This document shows positions 40,901 to 48,701 of a DNA stretch of 64,000 nt, in pieces. The notes beneath the pieces were generated by a model. The model worked only from the letters and a program-made list of their open reading frames with translations, was not told the origin of the DNA and ran no database searches. Positions within the stretch are counted from its first letter, which is position 1. Every line of letters starts with the position of its first letter. Location: contig CAZBZR010000006.1 of assembly GCA_964496445.1 (NCBI GenBank), positions 25,740-89,739 on the forward strand, in the 5' to 3' direction. The translations under genes and the position numbers were made by a program. This DNA comes from an uncultured Microbacterium sp. (GTDB taxonomy: Bacteria; Actinomycetota; Actinomycetes; Actinomycetales; Microbacteriaceae).

Positions 40901-40990
40901 GGCCGTCGTCACGGCGAGCGCGGACACGGTGACCACGCCGGCGGACAAGAGTGTCCGTCGGCGTCGTCGAAGCCACGTAAAAGACCTCAC
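34919..40990 (-). CDS. Giant surface protein with about 11 Ig/cadherin-like repeats and about 5 fibronectin type III repeats
   Basis: N-terminal basic plus hydrophobic anchor; repeated PxAxDD..VLxNDxDPDGD units; C-terminal PxAP..W..P.NG..I..Y FN3 units; 2023 aa. Confidence 0.9.
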   Translation of the reverse strand: MRSFTWLRRRRRTLLSAGVVTVSALAVTTAAVAYQGFPTTEVDLHDGGVWITKSSSVLVGHFNHESRVLDSGLRAASDAYDIVQEGATVLVVDETESTVTAVDPAMVMLTDAADIPPGGKVVVGGPTMAVLDPASGALWVLPARAVSGFTVEGTDPTAELGPGADVAVGRDGTVHAVSAETGEILTIEIGDDGEASEPARRGLDGVDAGSELSVTVVGTTAAVLDAETGTVQTTGGLRAEVEDAADAVLQQPSATGDAVVLATSSDVVRVPFDGSAPVATSSGAGEGAPAAPVFLAGCTYAAWSGSGAFVRDCSGDANDLTTQVDDLEPTAELRFRQNRDVVVLNDVVGGAAWMATDALQRVDNWDDIIPPEGEAEEDEETTEETVETTLPERTEVNTPPIATDDEFGVRPGRTVVLPVLDNDTDADGDVLTVTLPDGNPGLGEVQPINNGSALQIAVPESASGTDSFRYEVDDGRGGTDTATVRLTVRPWDVNAIPAPKRITTVIVEAGSAITYNVLPDWIDPDGDEIFLSSVVPAAGDEADFTSDGRITYRAIGGTQGRKEVPIIVSDGSDIAEGIIRFDVRPQGSTVPVTNADHVVVRAGQTATVAPLSNDTSSGREALRLTRVDQVPGADIVPDYPNKTFTFRSGTPGVFYAQYLVAAGPNAVPGLVRIDVLPDADTDLPPVAVRDVALLPSGADVLVNVLANDADPSGGILVVQSVTVDPASGVSVAVLGHETLRITDQAALREQTRITYRISNGQQTAEGEVVVIPVPPPDQLRPPVANDDQAVVRAGDVVTIPVLDNDYHPNDDALTLAPDLVEPLPAAEDGQIFISQDTVRFRAGSEPGTVYATYEVMDTSGQKDAGYITIQVLPVDESTNQAPRPRDLTARTLAGTEVRIPIPLDGLDPDGDSVELLGIDSAPQKGRVSEVGANHLTYVAFGDVTGPDAFTYRVRDRQGAEATAAVRVGIAPAEAANQAPYAVKDAVVMRPGREVAVPVLANDSDPEGDAITLLAEGLILPEVAGLEARVVGDRVVVTSPGQPVETSLQYTIRDARGAEARAVLQVTVAEDVPLQRPIARDDRVRPTDVEEEGYVDLDLLVNDEDPDGTVEALELSVDAAGARVLGDGVVRLPLTEEAQLITYTITDRDELTASAFLFVPALGDLPPVLDSDGVEVQSGETIRIPLDEHVRAAGGRDVVITEAAKVVAAHNDGASLVEDQRTLVYTSADGYFGQDAITFEVTDGDGPDDPEGRKATLTLPVTVLPPDNQQPTFVNGRMDVAPGEDATSLDLAALTTDPDEGDLDGMRYAIVGGSPAGMRATIDGQTLQVSADADVRKGTTAEIDIRIDDGETDPVEGTITVRVTASTRPLPTANDDIIAEADQGRTISVPVLANDFNPFPDRPLEVVAASTETGDGLAEVSGDQVSVTPSARFFGTMVVRYRIQDATGDVDREVEGRIRLTVQGKPDAPGVPTVSSVQDRTVVLSWTPPPNNGAPITGYTVTSLAGGYTKQCASTTCTLDGLTNNVEYNFVVTATNRVGESDPSAPSETARPDARPDTPAPPTLRFGDRSLNVAWTTPSTPGSPVESFTLEISPAPPSGITQKTGVTGNALVWDGLENGTAYQVRVQAHNRAPEPSSWSGYSASEIPAGPPTAPAAPTTARLEPVGSQAQMQVTWAAPNPNGDAIAQYRLTVLRGGAVVNTLYPSAGATSQAVQVPPDRTDYTFTIAARNKAGWGPDSPPSAPRRAFTPPGAPQGVSASTPSPDNSIHVAYQPAATNGADPGAIRYEYSLNGGGWRSDWDGSRITNGIANGNGYTVTLRAVTTQDGTTYAGPASNTTAAQVPYGPIRNPGASASASGTQITFSWSAPAANGRNITKMEIRIDGGAWDAVGANGSRTRDFGHAERHTIDVRATDAAGQTSTASAAARTSDPPQPRAWVTKGSSVNNSDCSSASCAYFVLNTSDFPAGSYNVVCVSNTRGEFAGGGRTWNVPRNGSIQLGCFYGHPNTEVWVRIDGWGNSERYTWR

Positions 40991-41147
40991 GCGACGCTAG
41001 CCTCCCCGGGGGCGGAAACGAGCCGTCTTCCCGTCACCGACGGGTTGCTGGATGCCCCCCAGCGTAACCAGGATGTCGGGCGGCACCGAATCCCGCGAAC
41101 GCTTGTCGCGGGCGAGAGCGCTGTGCTATCCGCCCGGTGCGGCCGGG

Positions 41148-43487
41148 TCAGGCCCCCACGTACGCCGCGAGGTGCCGGCCGGTGAGGGTGGCTGCGGCGG
41201 CGACGAGATCGGCCGGGCGCCCCTCGAAGACGACGGTGCCGCCGTCTCGGCCCGCCCCGGGCCCGATGTCGATGATCCAGTCGGCGTGCGCCATCACGGC
41301 CTGGTGGTGCTCGATCACGATGACGCTGTTGCCGGCGTCGACGAGGCGGTCCAGCAGCCCGAGGAGGTTGTCGACGTCGGCCAGGTGCAGGCCCGTCGTC
41401 GGCTCGTCGAGCACGTACACGGCGCCCGATTTCGCCATCGAGATCGCGAGCTTCAACCGTTGCCGCTCGCCGCCGGAGAGCGTGTTCAGCGACTGCCCGA
41501 GGGTGAGGTAGCCGAGACCGACGTCGATCATGCGCGCCAGGGTCTGGTGCGCCGGGCCCTTCGGGAAGAACTCCGCCGCATCCGCGGCCGACATCGACAG
41601 CACCTCGGAGATGTTCTTGCCGTCCAAGAGGTACTGCAGCACCTCGTCGGAGAACCCGGTGCCCTCGCACACCTCGCACGTCGTCTCCACGGTGGACTGG
41701 AAGCCGAGGTCGGTGATGATCACGCCGAGCCCCTTGCACGCCACGCACGCGCCCTCGGAGTTCGCGCTGAACAGCGCGGGCTTCACGCCGTTGGCCTTGG
41801 CGAAGGCGGCGCGGATGGCATCGAGGAGGCCGGTGTAGGTCGCCGGGCTGCTGCGGCGCGATCCGCGGATCGGGGCCTGGTCGACCACCACGACGCCCTC
41901 GCGGCCGGGCAGGTTGCCGTGGATGAGGGAGGACTTCCCCGATCCGGCGACGCCGGTGACCACGGCGAGGACGCCGAGCGGGATGTCGACGTCGACCGCG
42001 CGCAGGTTGTGCTGCGTCGCGCCGCGGATGGGCAGCGCCCCGGTGCGTTCGCGCGTGGCCGCCTTCAGCTGCGCACGGTGATCGAGGTGGCGCCCGGTGA
42101 GGGTGTCGGAGGCACGGAGCCCGGCGAGATCGCCGGTGTACTGGATGCGCCCGCCCGCGCGCCCGGCGCCCGGCCCGAGATCGACCACGTGATCGGCGAT
42201 CGCGATGACCTCGGGCTTGTGCTCGACCACGAGCACGGTGTTGCCCTTGTCGCGCAGCTGCTGCAGCAGCGCGTTCATGCGCTGGATGTCGTGCGGGTGC
42301 AGGCCCGCGGTGGGCTCGTCGAACACATAGGTCACATCGGTGAGGCTCGAGCGCAGGTGCCGGATCATCTTCGTGCGCTGCGCCTCGCCGCCGGAGAGCG
42401 TGCCGCTCGCACGGTCGAGGGAGAGGTAGCCGAGCCCGATGTCGACGAACGCGTCGACGGTGCCCCGGAGGGAGCGGATGAGCGGGGCCACGGCGGGGTC
42501 GTCGACGGTGGCGAGCCAGGCCGAGAGGTCGCTGATCTGCATCGCCGCCGCATCCGCGATGCTGACGCCGTCGATCTTCGATGAGCGCGCGCCCTCGTTC
42601 AGTCGCGTCCCGGCGCACTGCGGGCACGGCTGGAACTTCACCGCGCGGTCGACGAACGCGCGGATGTGCGGCTGCAGGGAATCCCGGTCCTTCTGCAGCA
42701 TGCTCTTGGTGATCTTGGGCACGAGGCCCTCGTAGGTCATGTTGATGTTCTGGATCTTGACCTTCGTCGGCTCCTTGTAGAGGAAGTCGGCGCGCTCCTG
42801 CTCGGTGTAGTCCTGGATCGGCTTGTCGGGGTCGACCAGGCCCGATTCGGTGAACCCGCGCACCATCCAGCCGTCGACGTTGTAACCCGGCACCGTGATC
42901 GCGCCCTCGGCGAGCGATTTCGTCTTGTCGAACAGCTCGTCCAGGTCGATGTCGCTCACTTCCCCGAGACCCTCGCAGTGCGGGCACATGCCGCCGGTGA
43001 TCTCGAACGAGCGGCGCCCCTTGACGGTCTTGCCGCCCTTCTCCATCGTGACCGCGCCGCCGCCGCGGACGGAGGGCACGTTGAAGGAGAACGCCTGCGG
43101 CGAGCCGACATGGGGAACGCCCAGCCGGCTGAAGAGGATCCGCAGCATCGCGTGGACGTCGGTCGCGGTGCCGACGGTGGAGCGGGCGTTGGAGCCCATC
43201 CGCTCCTGATCGACGAGGATCGCGGGGCTGATGTTCTCGAGCGCGTCGACGTCAGGACGCGGCGGGGTCGACATGAACCCCTGCACGAACGAGGGGTAGG
43301 TCTCGTTGATGAGCCGCTGCGACTCGGCGGCGATCGTGCCGAAGACGAGCGAGGACTTCCCCGACCCGCTCACCCCGGTGAAGACGGTGAGCCGGCGCTT
43401 GGGGATCTCGACGTCGACGCCCTGCAGGTTGTTCTCCCTCGCGCCGAGAACGCGGATCACGTCGTGGGCGTCGGATGCGGCGGCCAT
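41148..43487 (-). CDS. Class II UvrA-like protein (DrrC-like)
   Basis: GARENNL, GVSGSGKSSL, LSGGEAQR, second NBD GVAGSGKS/LSGGERQR, CxxC pairs. About 780 aa, shorter than canonical UvrA; SD AAGGAG. Confidence 0.88.
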   Translation of the reverse strand: MAAASDAHDVIRVLGARENNLQGVDVEIPKRRLTVFTGVSGSGKSSLVFGTIAAESQRLINETYPSFVQGFMSTPPRPDVDALENISPAILVDQERMGSNARSTVGTATDVHAMLRILFSRLGVPHVGSPQAFSFNVPSVRGGGAVTMEKGGKTVKGRRSFEITGGMCPHCEGLGEVSDIDLDELFDKTKSLAEGAITVPGYNVDGWMVRGFTESGLVDPDKPIQDYTEQERADFLYKEPTKVKIQNINMTYEGLVPKITKSMLQKDRDSLQPHIRAFVDRAVKFQPCPQCAGTRLNEGARSSKIDGVSIADAAAMQISDLSAWLATVDDPAVAPLIRSLRGTVDAFVDIGLGYLSLDRASGTLSGGEAQRTKMIRHLRSSLTDVTYVFDEPTAGLHPHDIQRMNALLQQLRDKGNTVLVVEHKPEVIAIADHVVDLGPGAGRAGGRIQYTGDLAGLRASDTLTGRHLDHRAQLKAATRERTGALPIRGATQHNLRAVDVDIPLGVLAVVTGVAGSGKSSLIHGNLPGREGVVVVDQAPIRGSRRSSPATYTGLLDAIRAAFAKANGVKPALFSANSEGACVACKGLGVIITDLGFQSTVETTCEVCEGTGFSDEVLQYLLDGKNISEVLSMSAADAAEFFPKGPAHQTLARMIDVGLGYLTLGQSLNTLSGGERQRLKLAISMAKSGAVYVLDEPTTGLHLADVDNLLGLLDRLVDAGNSVIVIEHHQAVMAHADWIIDIGPGAGRDGGTVVFEGRPADLVAAAATLTGRHLAAYVGA

Positions 43488-43514
43488 GGCTCTCCTTCGT
43501 CGGGGATGGAGCCC

Positions 43515-43536
43515 AGTGTGCCGCACGCCGCCGACG
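43515..43536 (-). promoter_or_regulatory. PafBC/RecA-NDp-like DNA-damage promoter motif
   Basis: Minus strand CGTCGG-N10-CACACT versus the mycobacterial motif TGTCGG-N10-TA-N3-T. Confidence 0.5.
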
Positions 43537-43562
43537 TCCGCCCCCTCCGCCGGGCCGGACAC

Positions 43563-43940
43563 TCAGGAGGCGGCGCGCTCCTGCCCGTCGCACAGGGAGA
43601 CGGAGAAGTTGTCGGCGAAGAGCGCCTCCGGGTCGACCTCCCGCTTGACCGCGCGCAGCCGCTCGATCTTGCGCAGCGGGAAGGCGTCGAGGAGGCGGCG
43701 AGGGTCGGTCGAGGAATCGAAGCTCAGATACATGCCGCGCCCGTGCGCGCGCAGCGCCGCCCACGCGGCATCCAGACGCACCGGATCGGCGCCGAGGGCC
43801 ACGACGGACAGCTGCGCGTCGCGGTGGGAGTATGCGGTGTCGTCCTCGCCCACGTCGCTGACCGCACCGCCGACCGAGCGGAACTGCAGGAAGTAGGGAT
43901 ACTCCCGAAGCGGATAGGTTGTCCGTTCTATCGGAAACAC
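43563..43940 (-). pseudogene. C-terminal remnant of an FAD-linked oxidoreductase (BBE-like domain)
   Basis: FLQFRSVGGAV..AYSHRDA..YLSF..ERLRAVKREVDPEALF..N; no FAD-binding N-terminal domain upstream. Confidence 0.7.
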
Positions 43941-43947
43941 GGCACAA

Positions 43948-43988
43948 CGACGACGAGACGGCAGTTGGGAACTGCCGTCTCGTCGTCG
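43948..43988 (-). terminator. Intrinsic terminator of the DEAD-box gene
   Basis: Perfect 19-bp stem CGACGACGAGACGGCAGTT-GGG-AACTGCCGTCTCGTCGTCG, about 20 nt after the stop. Confidence 0.85.
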
Positions 43989-44010
43989 AGGTGGGGTGGC
44001 GCGGGTCGGG

Positions 44011-45498
44011 TCAGCCCTGCGAGCGACGGTTGGTGCGCGGGCGCCCGCCGACGACCATGCCGGTCGTCGGGGTGCCGCCCGACGTGCGCCCGCGGGCGGG
44101 CGCGGCGCTCTGGGCGCGCGCGCCCTGGCCGCGGGACGCCCCGGAGGCCTGACCGCGGGAGGCGCCGGCCGGCTGGCCCGCCGCGCCGCCGCCGCGACGG
44201 CCGCCACGGCCGCCCGAGGGACGCGCCGCGTCGCCGCCGGCGGCACGGGCGGCGCGCTTGCGCTGGGCGTTGGCGCCCTGCGACGAGCCGCCGCCTCGCT
44301 GCGGCTCCACGATCGGGGCCGGCGAAACGTAGGGGGCGACCTCGCCGACGAGCGCGGTGACGGCCGGAGCATCCGCCGTCACCGGCATCGGCGTCACGGC
44401 GATCGCGGCCTTGCGGAGGATGTCGCGCGTGTCACGACGCTGCTCGGGGAGCATGACGGTGACGACGTCGCCGGCGCTGCCGGCGCGGGCGGTGCGGCCG
44501 GAACGGTGCAGGTACGCCTTGTGCTCGACGGGCGGGTCGACGTGGACCACCAGGGCGACGTCGTCCACGTGCACGCCACGGGCGGCGACGTCGGTCGCGA
44601 CGAGCACCTTCGCGGCCCCGCTGCCGAACGCGGCGAGATTCCGGTCGCGCTGGGGCTGGGAGAGGTTGCCGTGGAGGTCGACGGCGGGGATGCCGGCCGC
44701 GGTGAGCGCCTTGGCGAGCTTCTTGGCCTGGTGCTTGGTCCGGGTGAAGAGGATGCGGCGGGACGCACCGGAGGCGAGCGTCTGCACGAGACGCTTCTTC
44801 GCCTCGGCGTCGGCCACCTCGAAGACGTGGTGCGTCATGGCGGCCACGTGCGAGGTGGCCTCGTCGACCGAGTGCAGCACCTCGTTGCGGAGGAACTTCC
44901 GCACCAGCTTGTCCACGCCGTTGTCCAGCGTCGCCGAGAACAGCAGGCGCTGACCGCCGGCGGGCGTACGCGACAGCAGGCGCGTGACGCCCGGGAGGAA
45001 GCCGAGGTCGGCCATGTGGTCGGCCTCGTCGAGCACGGTGATCTCGATATCGTCGAGGCGCGCGAAGCCCTGGCCGATGAGGTCTTCCAGGCGGCCCGGG
45101 CACGCGACGAGGATGTCGACGCCCGCGGCGAGGGCGTCGACCTGGCGGCGCTGGTTCACACCGCCGTAGACGGTCGTCGTGGTCAGGCCCACCGCGGCGG
45201 CGAGGGGCTTGATGACCTCGTCGATCTGGTTGGCGAGCTCGCGCGTGGGGGCGAGCACGAGCGCGCGGGGCGCGCGGCCGCGGCGGCGGTCGGCCCGGGC
45301 GGCCAGGCGCGCGACGAGCGGGAGGGAGAAGGCGAGGGTCTTGCCCGAGCCGGTCTTGCCGCGGCCGAGCACGTCGCGGCCGGCGAGCGTGTCGGGCAGG
45401 GTGTCGGCCTGGATCGGGAAGGGAGTGGTCTTGCCCTGTGCGGCGAGCACGTCGACGAGGGCAGCGGGCACGCCGAGATCGGCGAAAGTCTGAGACAT
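44011..45498 (-). CDS. DEAD-box RNA helicase
   Basis: Q motif PFPIQ, GKTGSGKT, PTRELA, DEAD, SAT, ARGVH, HRSGRTAR; basic Gly/Arg tail. Confidence 0.96.
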   Translation of the reverse strand: MSQTFADLGVPAALVDVLAAQGKTTPFPIQADTLPDTLAGRDVLGRGKTGSGKTLAFSLPLVARLAARADRRRGRAPRALVLAPTRELANQIDEVIKPLAAAVGLTTTTVYGGVNQRRQVDALAAGVDILVACPGRLEDLIGQGFARLDDIEITVLDEADHMADLGFLPGVTRLLSRTPAGGQRLLFSATLDNGVDKLVRKFLRNEVLHSVDEATSHVAAMTHHVFEVADAEAKKRLVQTLASGASRRILFTRTKHQAKKLAKALTAAGIPAVDLHGNLSQPQRDRNLAAFGSGAAKVLVATDVAARGVHVDDVALVVHVDPPVEHKAYLHRSGRTARAGSAGDVVTVMLPEQRRDTRDILRKAAIAVTPMPVTADAPAVTALVGEVAPYVSPAPIVEPQRGGGSSQGANAQRKRAARAAGGDAARPSGGRGGRRGGGAAGQPAGASRGQASGASRGQGARAQSAAPARGRTSGGTPTTGMVVGGRPRTNRRSQG

Positions 45499-45683
45499 GG
45501 ATGCTTTCATGCCGGCGCGCAGCGGCGCACACGGCGGTTAGAGGTGCGGCGCGAGCCGCGAGGCGAAGGCGCCGGTCGGCGCATCCGTTCGCCGTGGAAA
45601 GTTCGGGCCCGGGTCCGTGAGGCTCTCGGAGGGGGCCGATGCGTTCGACGACGCAGGGAGCAGAAGCGCTCCGCAGTGCACCC

Positions 45684-45689
45684 AGTCTA
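45684..45689 (-). promoter_or_regulatory. Candidate -10 box for the DEAD-box gene (implies a ~180-nt 5' UTR)
   Basis: TAGACT on the minus strand between tag and the helicase gene. Confidence 0.5.
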
Positions 45690-45724
45690 CCGGACCCGCC
45701 TGTGCGCCTGCTCCACGGGTGCGC

Positions 45725-46297
45725 TCACGCGGCGCGCCAGCATCCGGCGAGATGGTCGTCGACCATGCCCGCCGACTGCATCAGCGCGTACATCGTCGTG
45801 GGACCGACGAACCGGAAGCCGCGTGCGCGCAGCGCCGCGCTGAGCGCCGTGGAGGCGGGCGTGACCGCCGCGACCTCGGCGAAGGAGGTCGGACGCGGCC
45901 ACGTCTCCGGGGCGTATCCCCACATCAGCGCGTCGAGCTCGCCCTCGCCCATCTCGGCGACGAGGCGCGCGTTGGAGATGGTGGCCTCGATCTTCGCGCG
46001 ATTGCGGATGATGCCGGCATCCGCCATCAGCCGCTCGATGTCGGCGGGACCGAACGCGGCGACGACCGCGGGGTCGAACCCGGCGAAGACCTCCCGGAAG
46101 CGCGGGCGCTTGCGCAGGATCGTGATCCACGCCAGCCCCGCCTGGAAACCCTCGAGGCTCGTCTTCTCGAACAGCGCCCGGTCGCCGTGGAGCGGGACGC
46201 CCCACTCCTCGTCGTGGTAGCGCCGGTACTCGTCATCACCGTCGGCCCACCCGCAGCGGGGAAGGCCGTCGGGGCCGACGCGCAGATCCGCAGTCAC
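45725..46297 (-). CDS. tag: DNA-3-methyladenine glycosylase I
   Basis: RCGW, YHDEEWG, LEGFQAGL.W.TIL, IIRNRAKI, FVGPTT, DDHL..C. Confidence 0.96.
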   Translation of the reverse strand: MTADLRVGPDGLPRCGWADGDDEYRRYHDEEWGVPLHGDRALFEKTSLEGFQAGLAWITILRKRPRFREVFAGFDPAVVAAFGPADIERLMADAGIIRNRAKIEATISNARLVAEMGEGELDALMWGYAPETWPRPTSFAEVAAVTPASTALSAALRARGFRFVGPTTMYALMQSAGMVDDHLAGCWRAA

Positions 46298-46341
46298 GGC
46301 GCCACCCTAGCGACCCCGTCCTCGCGACGCGGCCGACAGCG

Positions 46342-48444
46342 CTACTTCTTCGGCTTCTTCTCCGGCACCGGGGCGTTGCCGGATGCGGCGAGCGCGGCGT
46401 AGTACGCGGCCGCCTCGTCCTGCCGTTCCTGCTCCGCGCCCGAGGCGATGGGGGCGCGGACGTGCTCGGGTTCGTAGCCGAAGGCGTCGACCAGGTCCTG
46501 CGCGTGGGGGCGCAGCCGCGTGCACAGCCGGTCGATGTAGCTCGACACCGCGGCGGCGCGCTGGGTCGACAGCCGGCCGTTGATCAGGTGCCACGACAGG
46601 TGCTTCTCGACGAGGTGGAGGCCGAACAGGTCGCGCAGCCACGTGAGCACGCGGGCGGTGTCGGGGTCGGCGGTGCGGTTCACCGCATCCGTGAACGCCT
46701 CCCACTGCAGCAGCTCGCCGTGGGCGCGGGCGGCTTCGATGAGCTCGGCCTGGTTCTGGTTGAACAGCGCGGCGGCCTCCTCGCGGGGGAGCTTCGCGGC
46801 GGGGCGGAGGCGCCCGGCGATGTCGGCGACCATCTGCTGCACGCGCCCGGCGAGGAGCTCGTGCTGCTGGTCGGCCCGCAGGCCCCGCTCCACCGAGCGC
46901 GCGGTGGAGCCGAGGTCGCCGACGGCCTGGCCGAGCTGGCGCAGCCCCGCACCGTGGAACAGCTTCCCGGCGGTCGAGCCCACCGCGTAGGCGGCGAGGG
47001 CGCGCGCATCCTTGCCCTTGAACTGCCGCGCGAAGTCGGTGAGCAGGCGCTTGCCGACCAGCTGCAGGAGCACGTTGTTGTCGCCCTCGAACGTCACGTA
47101 GATGTCGAGGTCCTGCCGCAGCCCCACGAGGCGGTTCTCGAAGAGGAAGCCGGAGCCGCCGCACGCCTCCCGCGCCTCCTGGAGGGTGTCCAGCGCGTGC
47201 CAGGTCGACAGCGGCTTCAGTGCGGCGGCGAGGGTCTCGAGGTCTTCGCGGTCGGCGTCGGTGTCGGCCGCGCCGCTGAAGACGCCGTCGAACTTCTGCA
47301 GGAACTCGTCGTGCGCGAAGATCTGCGCGTACGTCGTCGCGAGCCGCGGCAGCAGGCGCCGCTGGTGCTTGCCGTAGTCCAGCAGCACCACCTCGGGCGT
47401 GCCGGAGCCCGAGTCGAACTGGCGACGCTGGTTGGCGTACGTGATCGCGATGTCCAGGCCCAGCGCGGAGGCCCAGGATGCCGCGCCGTCGAGCGACACG
47501 CGGCCCTGCACCAGAGTGCCGAGCATCGTGAAGAACCGGCGCCCGGGGCTGGAGATGTCGCTGGTGTAGGTGCCGTCGGGGGCGACGTCGCCGTAGCGGT
47601 TGAGGAGGTTCGTCCGCGGTACGCGGACGTGGTCGAAGTGCAGACGGCCGTTGTCGATGCCGTTGAGGCCGCCCTTGAGGCCGTCGTCCTCGCCGCCGAT
47701 GCCGGGGAGGAAGTCGCCGTTCTCATCGCGCAGCGGCACATAGAAGCAGTGCACCCCGTGGTTGACGCCGTTCGTGATCAGCTGGGCGAAGACCGTCGCG
47801 GCGATGCCGTGGAGGGCGGCGTTGCCGAGGTAGTCCTTCCACGCCCCGCGGAAGGGGGTGTGGATGACGAACTCCTCGGTCTCCGGGTCGTAGGTCGCCG
47901 TCGTGCCGATGGCCGCGACATCCGACCCGTGCCCGGTCTCGGTCATCGCGAAGGCCCCGGGGATCTCCAGGCTCATGATGCCCGGGAGCCACTTCTCGTG
48001 GTGCTCGGCGGTGCCGAGCTGGAGCACGGCGGCGCCGAACAGGCCCCACTGCACGCCGGACTTGATCTGCAGGCTCGGGTCTGCCACGACCAGCTCTTCG
48101 AATCCGGCGATGTTGGCGCCGTTGTTCTCCTCGCCGCCGAAGCGCTTCGGGAACGCACGGTGCACGGCCTTGTTGTCGACCAGGAGGTGCAGCTGGCTGA
48201 GCACGCGCTCGCGGTGCTCGGCCATCGACTGCCCGTCGACCCGCCAGAACGCGGGGTCCTTGAGCATCTCGCGGGCCTGGCGGCGGGTGTCGGCCCACGT
48301 CCCCAGCAGCAGGTCGGTGACCGCGGGGATGTCGATGCGGGCTTCGGATGCCTCGGCCGCGGTGTGCGCGGCGGTGGGCGCCCCGCCGGCCGGGGTCCGG
48401 CGGTCGGCGGCGGGAGTGGAGGAACGGACGGCGGCGTCAGCCAT
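46342..48444 (-). CDS. Acyl-CoA oxidase/dehydrogenase-family protein
   Basis: FAMTETGHGSD, GLNGIDNG, RRQF, REACGG.G, TFEGDN. ATG 48444; the longer ORF runs through non-coding repeats. Confidence 0.92.
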   Translation of the reverse strand: MADAAVRSSTPAADRRTPAGGAPTAAHTAAEASEARIDIPAVTDLLLGTWADTRRQAREMLKDPAFWRVDGQSMAEHRERVLSQLHLLVDNKAVHRAFPKRFGGEENNGANIAGFEELVVADPSLQIKSGVQWGLFGAAVLQLGTAEHHEKWLPGIMSLEIPGAFAMTETGHGSDVAAIGTTATYDPETEEFVIHTPFRGAWKDYLGNAALHGIAATVFAQLITNGVNHGVHCFYVPLRDENGDFLPGIGGEDDGLKGGLNGIDNGRLHFDHVRVPRTNLLNRYGDVAPDGTYTSDISSPGRRFFTMLGTLVQGRVSLDGAASWASALGLDIAITYANQRRQFDSGSGTPEVVLLDYGKHQRRLLPRLATTYAQIFAHDEFLQKFDGVFSGAADTDADREDLETLAAALKPLSTWHALDTLQEAREACGGSGFLFENRLVGLRQDLDIYVTFEGDNNVLLQLVGKRLLTDFARQFKGKDARALAAYAVGSTAGKLFHGAGLRQLGQAVGDLGSTARSVERGLRADQQHELLAGRVQQMVADIAGRLRPAAKLPREEAAALFNQNQAELIEAARAHGELLQWEAFTDAVNRTADPDTARVLTWLRDLFGLHLVEKHLSWHLINGRLSTQRAAAVSSYIDRLCTRLRPHAQDLVDAFGYEPEHVRAPIASGAEQERQDEAAAYYAALAASGNAPVPEKKPKK

Positions 48445-48600
48445 GTGCAGCACCTTTCGACGTTGCAGGGAGTCGACTCGACGGTAGGTGTCCCACAACG
48501 CCGTGCCAAACGGGTTGGCGGATGCCGACAACCCCGCCCGACCGCATCCCCGCCCCCCCTTGTGCCCCCCGTACAGTCCCCCCGCTCCGCCCCCCGCCGT

Positions 48601-48678
48601 GTCGCCGAGAGTGCACCGGCTCGCCGAGAGTGCACCGTATTCCGTGCCGGTTCGGCGAGCCGATGCACTTTCGGCGAC
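48601..48678. repeat. 78-bp palindromic intergenic element, family A copy 2
   Basis: 27-bp arms with 2 mismatches (GTCGCCGAGAGTGCACCGGCTCGCCGA / TCGGCGAGCCGATGCACTTTCGGCGAC). Confidence 0.85.
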
Positions 48679-48701
48679 GGAGGGGCGGGATGCGGCGGGG
48701 G

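Noticed and set aside
41148-43487. Canonical nucleotide-excision uvrA
   Set aside because: About 780 aa, short for canonical UvrA and apparently lacking the UvrB-binding insertion, so no gene symbol was assigned.
46320-46340. TGTCGG upstream of tag as a PafBC motif
   Set aside because: Spacing to the TAGGGT -10 box is far longer than 10 nt.
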